Source of the DNA: Cyanophora paradoxa CCMP329 | Taxonomy: Eukaryota; Plantae; Glaucophyta | Assembly (NCBI GenBank): GCA_004431415.1 | Contig: QPMI01000298.1 | Coordinates: 1 to 64,000 of the forward strand | Length of the DNA: 64,000 bases | Reading direction: 5' to 3' | Shown: positions 11,473 to 20,914 of the stretch, piece by piece | How the letters are laid out: every line of letters starts with the position of its first letter | How positions within the stretch are numbered: the stretch's first letter is position 1 | Notes under the pieces: generated by a model | Database searches by the model: none | Told to the model about the DNA's origin: nothing | Seen by the model: the letters and a program-made list of their open reading frames with translations, nothing else | Program-made: the position numbers and the translations under genes

Positions 11473-13753
11473 ATGCCCAGCAACGCAGCAGCGGCATCGT
11501 CATCGCAATCGAGCAACCAACAGCAGTCAGCACCATCGAGCGGCCAGCAGGCGCCGTCCACCTCGAGCGGACAGGCGGCGAGTTCGAGCAGTAAGCCGCG
11601 TAATCGAAAGCGGCCAAATACTAGTGAACCGCCGCGGCCGCGCGGGCGCCCTCGGAAGCAGCCACCAGCACCTGCAGCTGTGGGCGCAGATGGCGCAGCA
11701 GCTTCAGAATCACAGCCAGCAGAGGCAGCGGCTTCGAGCTCGAGCTCGAGGCAGCAACAACAAAAGAAGGGCTCGGCCGCAGCAGCCGGCAAGCGCATCG
11801 ACACCACCGAATTTCGCCACCGAGTCCAGCGGATGTTCGCCGAATCCCGAGGCGCTGAACCGGTCCCAGCAGCATCAGTGCAGCGCGTAACTTTCGAAGA
11901 ATATCGAGCCGCTATACAGCGTGTGAAGCCCGGAGCGGTGCTGCTTTCTCGCGCCGACATCGAACACGTTAAGTACATCCTCGAAAACCCGGACGCGCCC
12001 GAGCCCAGCGGCAGCCCAGAGCATGTGAGGCGGGTGAAGAATTGGCGCGAGTTCATGAGGGGGAAGTACACGCTGCGCGAGGTTCCAGATCCGACAGACA
12101 ACCTGACAGCGGAGGAGCTCGCCATGCCCAACCCGCGGCCAAGGCGCAAGCTTCGGCTGGTGGTGGAGAAGCAGGTTGACAACCGCTTGAAGCGAGGAAA
12201 TTCGGGCGACGCCCCCCCACTGGGCAGGGAGCTGGTGTGTGACGAGGACATTTTCATCTGCATCCAGGTGCGATCGCGTTACAACGCAATTCTCTGCGCA
12301 CGCGCAACGCATCTTCAACGCAAGCGTTGGGTTGCTAGCGTTGGACATTCTCAACACATGCGTTGACCATGCGTTGAACAGAATACATTTTAATTTTTAT
12401 GTCCACTGCATTGCACTGTTTGTGACGCGGTCATGATCGTGCGCAGCGCGAACACCTTGAGAGCGGGCACAAAGGTGGCACCGGTGTATACAACAATGCG
12501 AAGCAAAGGTACGCGATTCCTCGCTACCTGGTCCGCATCTACGTCAAGATTTGGTGAGTTTTCTGACCACAGACAAACCAATCGTGACTAAGACTCACCT
12601 GCGGTCGTGGGATGGGGCTGCAGTCCAGTCTGCAAGCTCAAGAACAAGAGGAGGCAGCCCGACGGGATCCTCCATCCAATCAAGGTGATTGGTTTCTGGG
12701 ATCGGGCAATTGTCGACTTCTTTGAGATGCCCAAGGCATGGGCCCCTGCCCCGCATGGTGAGATGTTGCTATTGATGCGCCTGGCCACGTGTTAAAATTT
12801 ACCTGGGAGTTGCAGGAGTGGCTGCCGGGGTGGAAGTGGAATGAGAGCTCAGGCGAGCTCGAGAGGGTCTGGTACTGGGAGCAAGCAGTGCACGTGTGCC
12901 GGTACGAGAAGAAAATCCCGGATCCCGAATTTCCGGGCTGCTACAAGACGGTCTTTGTCACGGACGTCATTCCGCGATTCTGGGCATTTGTCCTGGCCAT
13001 AAAGGTCAGTTTTCGGCACGGTCATGCGCAGATTTCTGCATCCGGTAACGAACAACGGCGAACGCAGGACCACTACACTCGTTTCCTCATCCTGGAGGCT
13101 TGCGAATCAAAGTGCGCAGGCGAAGTTGCTGATCGTCTTCGCGAGAAATTTGCCTACTTCGGCGCATGCACAATCCTGTCCTGCGACAACGGATCGGAGT
13201 TCAAGAATGATGTGAAATTCCCCGATATCTCTTGTAAACTTCAATATTAATTATGTTAACGGAGTATGGCAGATCATGAAGGTCCTTATGGCGGCCTACC
13301 CGAACTCGTCCATCGCCTACGGGAAACCGTACACTCCAGAGCACCAGGGCTCTGTGGAGCGCGCGAACAGGGACTCGAAGCCGACGCTCGAGGCTATTTG
13401 CTACGAACGCCGGAACCAGAATGCGGAGGACTGGGCGAACTGGGCCCTAGCCATTCCCGATGTATTTAAAATCCTTTTCATACCCCATTTGAAAATTCCA
13501 AGTGCACTGATCGATGCTGGATTCTCAGGCAATGGAGTCCCACAACAGCATGAAGTTCGCGAACGGGCACAAGATGACACCCATCGAGGCCATGACCGGG
13601 CGCAGACCTTCACGAAGGCCTTTGGGAATTGAGCCACCGTCGGATCCGACAAGGCCGTACACCGAGAAGGACATTGAGGACCTCCTCGGAGTGCGCAACG
13701 GAATGTCTGAGGACCTCCTCGGAGTGCGCAACGGAATGTCTGCCTTCAGGTAG
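11473..13753 (+). CDS. Transposase/integrase with AT-hook, HHCC zinc finger and rve DDE core (KRBA2/SCAND3/Ginger2-like), 7 exons; alternative upstream ATG at 11335
   Basis: Introns 12268-12446, 12554-12623, 12736-12815 (GC donor), 13005-13067, 13212-13272, 13462-13528 give an open frame: RPRGRPRK; EHLESGH...YAIPRYLVRIYVKICPVC; AIVDFFEM; KDHYTRFLILEACESKCAGEVA; ILSCDNGSEFKN; GKPYTPEHQGSVERANRD; MTPIEAMTGR. Confidence 0.9.
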
Positions 13754-14481
13754 TTCGCGCCTGTCGCCGCCCTCTTCTTTGCTCGAGGTTCACCTGCAGA
13801 GGCGATCGCAGCTCCGACGGATCTCTGGACCTGCAAGGCCACGGCCTCCACGAGCGAACTCAGCTGCGCCGAGTCCGACGAAGTCGCCGCCTGAACCGTC
13901 TGGGGCGCCGGCGCTGCAGCTGCGTGCTGCGCCTTGCCGCGCTTCATGAGCTTCACAAGTTCGGGGTCGGCGTTGCTGTCGCCGTCCTCGTGCGCTGGCT
14001 GCATGTCCCGCCGCACGACGTAGAAGAAACATCCGGGACTGAGCTTCGGCAGCTTCCGAGACGCAGTCCTCAGATCGAGGGTGTCCGCCTCCGGATCGTA
14101 GAAGTACAGGTCCAGGCCCGCAGGTCCGACGGATTGCGTGAAGCGGAGCTGCCGCTCCGCATCCTTCAAGAGCTCCGCAGGCCATCCCGTGCCTCCCTCG
14201 ACCTCGATGGTCACCGTCGCTGCGTCACGGGCAAGGTGCACGCGCGGTCGGGCATCAGCGCGGCGCCCGGTGCGCGCCTTCGCATCACAGCTCAAGAGTA
14301 TCGAACCTTTGGTCGTAGTAAGGCCTCCGTTCTGCCGGCTGTCGGCGAGAACACGCACTTCGACTGGTTCCGCGGGCGCCTGCAGCTGCCCTGCGCGAGC
14401 CGCCGACTCTTCGGCTCCCGCAGCCGCTGCTGCGTCGCTCGACTCGCCTAGCTTAGCCACTTTGCCCTTCTTGGGCGCCAT
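13525..14481 (-). CDS. Orphan ORF2 inside the transposon (up to 318 aa), convergent with the integrase
   Basis: ATG 109 bp inside the right TIR; uninterrupted frame with protein-like composition (MAPKKGK NLS-like start, globular middle ATVTIEVEGGTGWPAELLKDAERQLRF...LYFYDP...FFYVVRR); no recognisable family. Confidence 0.6.
   Translation of the reverse strand: MAPKKGKVAKLGESSDAAAAAGAEESAARAGQLQAPAEPVEVRVLADSRQNGGLTTTKGSILLSCDAKARTGRRADARPRVHLARDAATVTIEVEGGTGWPAELLKDAERQLRFTQSVGPAGLDLYFYDPEADTLDLRTASRKLPKLSPGCFFYVVRRDMQPAHEDGDSNADPELVKLMKRGKAQHAAAAPAPQTVQAATSSDSAQLSSLVEAVALQVQRSVGAAIASAGEPRAKKRAATGANYLKADIPLRTPRRSSDIPLRTPRRSSMSFSVYGLVGSDGGSIPKGLREGLRPVMASMGVILCPFANFMLLWDSIA
13675..13742. repeat. 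Perfect 33-bp tandem duplication (2 copies)
   Basis: TGAGGACCTCCTCGGAGTGCGCAACGGAATGTC at 13675 and 13708. Confidence 0.95.
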
Positions 14482-14589
14482 GTGAGGACCGCCCCGCCCG
14501 CTGCCGCAGTGCTGTCTGCCGGCTGCTGCTGTGCGCGCTACCTGTAGCTATAGTACTATTGCATCATACGCTGGGAGTCGTAGTAGCCC

Positions 14590-14698
14590 CCCCAACGCAA
14601 AGCTCCGGCTGCGCTGGCCGGCGCCTTTTTTTCTGCGATGGCTCAAAAGCGTGCGCCATAAAAATAAGATGGCGCGCCATTTTATTTGGCGCACTACA
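14590..14698 (-). repeat. Right terminal inverted repeat (109 bp)
   Basis: Reverse complement of 11077-11185. Confidence 0.95.
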
Positions 14699-14961
14699 AC
14701 GTAAACTGAACTCGAATGCATATGACTGATCATGATCACGATCAGCTAGCTGACTCCACTTGAAAAACGTTTACATCTTTGAGTGCTATAGCTATCATAG
14801 TATGCCTGCGAATTCAAGCTTACTAGCCTAGTAGTAGCTGGAGCGCTGTACACGGTTGAGAGAAGGGCCGGGGGGGCCCGGGGGGGGAGGGTGGGGGTGG
14901 GGGGTGGGGTCGATAAAGGTCGTTTTCAGGGGCGCCGTTCAACGGAGGGTTGGGGCGGGGG

Positions 14962-17900
14962 CTAGCGGATGCGGGCCTTGCCGGGGTCGGAGCGTATGGT
15001 GGCGGTGCGCTCGTCGGTGGGCTCCGAGGTCGCCACGTCCGACCCGGCGTCCGCCGAGTGCGAGCCCCCGCTCGACGCCTCCACGCTGTCCCCGGCCGGC
15101 GTCGGCTGGTGCCCCCGGCAGCGCGCGCGAGGGGCGGGTGCGGGGCGGGGGCGGGGGCGGCACCTGGGGTCCTCGCGGAAGCGGAGGTCGGGGAGGCGGG
15201 GGGCGTTGGCGGCGGGGCGCCCCTCGACCTCGGCGTCAGGCACCTCGGGGATCTCGACCTCGAGGGGCGCCAGCGCCTCGTTCGGCGCGATCCGCTTGTC
15301 CTGGAAGTAGCTCACCAGCTGCCCCCCGCCCCGTCACCACCGCAGGCCGGCGGCGGGGGGGCCGAGGGGGGCGGACCTGGTCGGGGATCTCCTTGAGGGT
15401 GTCGCGGGCGAGCTTGGAGTAGTGCTTCTTGCGGTAGTCGGCGAAGCGGACGAACTGGACGATGTCGCGGGAGGCGATGTTCCCCTCCGCGTCCGCCAGC
15501 ATGCACTCGTCCGAGTCCAGCGCCTCCATCGCCTCGAAGTTCGCGTACCCCACCCCCACGATCACGATCGAGAGCGGCAGGCTCGACGCCGCCACGATCT
15601 CCTTGATCGCCTCCTCGAGGTCTGCCCCGGGGGCCCCCGCAGCCTCAGCGGCGGGCGGGGCGGCCGGGCGTGGGGGCGGGGCGGGCCGTCGACGGTGCCG
15701 TCGGTGAGGATGAGGAGGACGATGTACTTCTGGCGGGCCCCGCCGGCGGCCTCGCACTCGTGCTCGGCGGCGCGCGCCAGCTTGGAGACCTCCCGCAGCA
15801 CCGGCCCGAACCGCGTCGGGCCCGAGAGCTGCACCTTCTCCAGCGCCTGCACCCCCGCCCCGCCCCGCCCCGTGCCGCCTCAGGCCCCCTCAGGCCCCGC
15901 GCCCGCCGCCCCGGGCCCCGCGCCCCGGGCGCACGGCGCAGTAGGTCTCGAGGATGCCGACGAGGCCGTCGCAGGCCGGCTGCGGGGCGCCGTCGGCCCC
16001 CGCACACGGGCGCGGGGGCGGGGCGGGCGGACGTCGCGGGCGTTGAAGTTGAGGGGGAAGCAGTGGGAGACCTCCCCGTCCGGCAGCTTCCCCCCGAACC
16101 CGAACGTCTGCCCCCCCACGCGGCGTCAGGCAGGGCGGGGCGGCGGGGTGGGGCGGGTGTGGGGCGGGGGGGGCGGACGGGGATGCGGCGGTCGGTGTCG
16201 TAGTTGGCGAGGACCTCGCCGACGGCGGTGATGGCCTGCACGTACTCGTTCGGCACCTCGCTCTCCATCGTGTGCAGCGACGTCGCCAGCCGCGGGTCCC
16301 CGTTGCTCGCCGTGAAGTCGATCGCGACGGCGAGGTTGATCTCGCACCCCCCCGAGACGTAGTCGGTGAACGTCGGCTGCTTCTTGAGGGCGGCGCGCTC
16401 GAGGCGGACAATGCCGAAGTGCTCCGTTTGGCCCATGTTCACGAAGCTGAAGCCGCGCGCCTTCGCCGGGTTGATCACCTGCCGCCCCGCCCCCCTCAAC
16501 CCCTCCCCCCCGGCCACCCCCCTCCCCCTCCCCCCTCTCACCTTGAACTCGGGCTTCTCGCCGCTCTTGGCGGCGTGCATGAAGTCCCGCACCGTGAACT
16601 GCGCCCCCCGCCCGCCCCCGGGTGCGTTAAGCGCGCAGGAGGCGCCGGTGGCGGGGGGTGGGGCGGGGCGGGCCTCGAAGCCGCCGATGAGGATGCGCTT
16701 GAGCTGGGAGCGCTTGTGGAAGACCTGGACGACGAGCTCCTTGTCGAGCTCGGCCTCGGTGAGGCTGCCGCCGCTGAAGCGCTCCCCCGTGAACCGGTTC
16801 AGCGTCATCTCCCCCTCGCTCCACTTCGGCGCTGCCCCGCACCCGCTCGCCCCGGCCCGCACCGGCGCGGCGGGCGGCGGGCGGGGCGGGGGCGGCGCGC
16901 ACAGTTGGAGGAGCGGGTCTCGGAGGTGTAGAGGGCGGCGAGGTCGCCCTCCTCCTTGCGCGCCAGCACGTAGAACGCCTCTGCCCGCCCCTCAGCCGCC
17001 GCCCCCGCCCGCCCCCGCCGCGCCCGGCGCCCGGCGCCGGCGCGCACTGTTCTGGTGGAGGATGGAGAACTTGGTGACGAGGTTCTCCGCGATGAAGCGG
17101 AAGCTGGGCGGCGTGAGGCGGGGCGCGCGGGCCCCCGCGGGCGGGGGGCGGGCGGGGGCGGGGGGCGGGCCTGATCTTCTCGGAGACGTTCTTGGCGACC
17201 TCGCCCTTGATCGTCAGCTCCCCCGACGGCCGGTTGAACTTCTTCGGGTCCCTGCCCGCCCCAGGCGGCTCGCCCGGCGCGGCCCGGCGCGGGGCGCGGC
17301 GGGGCGCGGGGCGGGGCGCACGTGAGGCGGCGGGTGACCGTGTGGCCGTGGGCGCCCATGATCTCGGCCATCGTGATGAAGACCTCCCCGATGAGGTGCG
17401 CCTCCGTGAAGTGGATCTTCCGGCCCCACTCCACGTCGTACACCGCGAACCGCATCGGCTGCACGATCTGCGCCCCGCTCGCCCCCCCGCCCCCCGCGAC
17501 GCGCGCCCCCGCGGCGGGGCCGGGGACGCGCCTCGAAGACGTAGTCGACGACGAAGGTCTTTGAGAACTTGGGGCTGTTGTTGTTGTGGATCGGCTGCTC
17601 CCCGCCCCGCGGTCAGGGGCCGGGGCGGGGGGCGGGGCGGGGGGGCGGGGCGGGGGGGCGGGGCGGGCCTCGGTGCGGCCGAACTCGACCCAGGCGGAGG
17701 AGGAGCGACCGGCTTGCGTCTCCGGCGGCTGGTACATCACGCAGATCGGGTCCGCCAGCGTCAGCAGATCCACCTTGCGTAGCTTCCTGCGCCGCGCCGC
17801 GCCCGTCGGTCGCCGCCCGGCGGGGAGCGGGGCGGGGCGGGGCGGGGGGGCACCCGCAGGAGACGGAGAGCTCGATCTTGGTGCCGGAGATGCCGTCGCC

Positions 17901-18314
17901 GGTCGGGTAGAGGAACTCGTCGAGCTCGTCGAGCTCGCCGATGCTGTTCGACGAGGCGTGGCTGCGGCCCCGAGACTGCGAGCCGACCTTGGTCTGCGAG
18001 CCCATCCGCGAGCCCGAGTAGCGCGACTGCGAGCCCGTCTGCGAGCCGACCGCCGAGCGCTTCGAGGAGAGCCCGATCGCCGTCGCCCCCCGCCGCGCCC
18101 TCCCCCTCCGGTAGGTGTGGTGGCTCGACGCATGGCTCGACGCGTCGTTCTGGCTCCTCCTCTTCTTCCAGAACGCCATCTTGCCCAGCCTCCCTAGCGC
18201 TGTGGGGGCCTTCTTCTTACCGGGCCTCTTCTCATGCTTGCCGCCCTTCTCATCCTTGGCGCCCGATGTGCTCTTCGGTTCTTCCTTGGGCTTCTTCAAG
18301 CCGAACAACCCCAT
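14962..18314 (-). CDS. Copine (two C2 domains plus vWA domain), about 16 exons, with basic/Ser-rich N-terminal extension starting MG
   Basis: KIELSVSC, DPICVMY, WVEFGRTE, NNNSPKFSKTFVVDYVFE, FTDYVSGGCEINLAVAIDFTASNGDP, SLH, NYDTDRRIP.FGFGG, LSGPTRFGPV, YIVLLILTDG, LPLSIVIVGVG, RDIVQFV. Confidence 0.95.
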
Positions 18315-18714
18315 AGCCAGCCGAGACGCTGGGCGGCTCGGCAACTGCTCGTCGTGCGCGGCCGAGCTGATGTACTAGCTACTTGCGTGATGTTTCCCCT
18401 GAAGCAGCTGTGAAGCTCGATTGGGCCGGCCGGGCCGGCCTGCACGGGCCTTGACTGGGCCGGCCGGCGCTACAGGAGCTCGAGGCCGACGTCGCCCGCG
18501 CCGGCTGCTGAGCTGGAAAACTCACTGTTTCGGATGTGCCTAGTCAAACATGCAAAGGGTGGCCTACGGCGCTTGGCTGTGAACTGTGGACGTCGGCGGG
18601 AGGGGTGGGATTCGGAGCCGGGTACCGAAGTCAGCAGCGTTCAATTGAAACTTGCCGCGGCGCCGCATTGCCGCAGCGCTAGCGCCGCAGCGCCGCAGCA
18701 TTGGCCCAGCTGCG

Positions 18715-20914
18715 ATGCCGTTAGGGTCGGGGCTCGCGCGGTCCCTGCGAGACGCCTTTGCGGCCGAGGGCCTTTACGTGCACGCGGAGTGGGTGGAGGC
18801 CATCCTCAGGGCATGGAGCGAGAAGCACGGCGCTCACAGCGTCGAGTCCTGGTCGAAGGACGAGCTGCTGCGACGCCTGCAGGAGGATTTCATGTTCGCC
18901 GACTTGAACCTGGCCGGCAGCGGATGCCTGCCACCAAACGTGAGCGGTATGCACAAGCAGGTTCTTCAAGGAAGGTGCGCTTGCGGAGAGCTGCGAGCGC
19001 TCCCGGCGGGCGCCGACGGAGCGCTCCGCAGCTACGTGCTCCAAGTCGACGAGATGATCAACGTGGCGGAGCCGGAGGACTCGCGCTACGACGGGGAGTC
19101 TTCGAGCCGCATGTTAAAGCTGCGGATGACGGACGGGAGGCAGAGCGTGAGCGGGTCGGAGTTCCGGCGCATTTCTGGCCTCGCGTACGACAGCCCCGCC
19201 GGCCTGAAGGTCGGCCGGCACGGCGGCGCGCGAGGTGGCCGGGGCGGGGCGAGCGGGGGCGCGGGGCGCAGGTGGTTGTGACGGACGCGTGGGTGCGGCG
19301 GGGGCTGCTGGACCTCGGCCCCGAGTGCGTGCGGGTGCTCGGCGGGAGGGTCGAGCACCTCGAGCGCCAGCGCCTCTTCCGCTGGGAGCAGATGAGGAAG
19401 GCCTTCCGCAGGCGGCCCCACCCCGACGAGCCCCCCGAGCCCGAGCCCGACTTCTTCGCCCCGCCCGGCGCCCACGCCCCCGCCCCGCCCCCGCCCCGCC
19501 CCGCCCCGGGGCCCCAGCCCCGCCCCCGCCGCCCCCGCCCGGGCCCAGCAGCGGCCCCCCTCTGGCCCCGCTCCCCGTGCTGCACCCTTCGCCGCCCCTC
19601 CCGCGCCCCAGCCGGGGTCCTCCTCTGCCCCTGCCCCTGGCCCCTCCCGCCCGGCCGCCGCCCCAGCCCCTCACCCGCCTCCCTCCCCCGGCCCTCGCCA
19701 CCTGCCCCCGCCCCTCTGCAGCCGCAGCCGCACGCGAGCGCGGGTTTTGAGCCCCAGCCGCCGCCGCGCGAGGCGGGCGGCGAGGCGGAGGCGAGGACGG
19801 GCCCCGCGCCAGCGGCCCCCGCAGCGCCGGCGCCGCTGGTCGGCCAGCGAAGAGCAGCGCCGCCCGGGGCGGAGGCGTCAGGCGGCCCGCCGCCCGACTC
19901 CGGGCCGCCCGGCAGCGGGCCATCCGAGGGATCGCCCCCCGGCACGGCGCCACTGGGAACCCCGCCCCTCGCGACCGGTCCGGATCCGCTCGGCACCGGG
20001 CCGCTTGCAGGGGGAGAGGCGGGGCGCGGGGGCGGGGCGGAGGGCGGGCGGCGGGCAGCCGTGCCTCCGACGGAGGTGATCGATCTGGAGGAGGACGAGA
20101 CCCCGTCGGCCCCGCAGCCCCGCCGGCGCCGGCGCAGGCGGACGGGGCGGGGCCGGGGCCGAGGGCAAGGGGGCCTCGGTGGGCGGGGAGGTGGCGCGGG
20201 TGCTGGCGGGGGCGGACGGGGCGCCGTTTGCGCTGCTGCGCGACCTCGCGGCCGCCGCCCGGGCGCCCTCCTCCGCGTCAAGGCCCGCGGCCGCGCTCCG
20301 CGCCCCGCCGGCCCCGCCCGACCCGGCCCGGCGCGCAGGCGTGCGTGTACACCGTGGAGAAGGCGCGCTGCAAGGCCCGCGACCTCATCTTCTACGTGCG
20401 CCCCGCCCCGCCCGCCCCGCCGGCCCCGTCCGCCGCGCGCGCCGCGACGGGGGCGGCAGGTGACGGTGGAGGACGGCTCCTGCGGCGCCACCGTCCTCGT
20501 CTCCCAGGCGGTGCCTCCCGCCGCCCCCTCCCCCGGCCCGGCGGCTCCACGGCAGGCCCCCTGACGGGGCTGGCGGCGGGGCCAGGTGGTGGAGGAGCTG
20601 ATGGGGATCTCGGCGCTGGGGTTCCGCACCCTCGTCGCCTCCAGAGGCAACCGCAGCGCCGCCGTCGACGCCCAGCAGCGCCTCAACCGCCTCCTCCAGG
20701 TCCCCCGCGCCCCCGAGCCGCCGCCGAGGAGCCGGGGCGGGGCTGAGGGGGCGGGGGGGCGGGGCAGACGCTGCGGCTGATGCCGGACGTGGCGATGGTG
20801 GTGCGGGCCGGGGGCGGCGAGGGGGCGGCCCCGCACGAGCTCCTCGCCCTCGACCCCGCCTACCGCGCCTCCCCCGCCGACCTCCACCGCCTCGCCCCTC
20901 CCCGCCGCCCCTGA
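18715..20914 (+). CDS. RMI1: RecQ-mediated genome instability protein 1 (N-terminal OB fold, Pro-rich linker, C-terminal OB fold)
   Basis: FADLN..GSGCLP, YVLQVDEMINVA, RMLKLRMTDG, PAGLKV..VRRGLL.L.PECVRVLGGRVEHL; C-terminal VTVEDGS..VVEELMGIS favours RMI1 over TDRD3; TGA at 20912-20914. Confidence 0.82.

Larger units (their letters stand above)
11077..14698. mobile_element. Complete 3,622-bp DNA transposon with retroviral-like integrase (Ginger2/Tdd-like)
   Basis: Termini TGTAGTGCGCC...GGCGCACTACA; 109-bp inverted repeats; identical 5-bp flanks ACGTA at 11072-11076 and 14699-14703; internal DDE integrase gene; lacks the host (CCCCG)n intron texture. Confidence 0.93.

Noticed and set aside
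13675-13742. 33-bp direct repeat as a possible CRISPR repeat or LTR
   Set aside because: Two adjacent copies with no spacer, no cas genes, eukaryotic context; a simple tandem duplication.
11077-14698. LTR retrotransposon or full Polinton interpretation of the integrase
   Set aside because: Ends are inverted rather than direct repeats; no RT, RNase H, protease, pPolB or capsid is seen; the integrase has spliceosomal introns.
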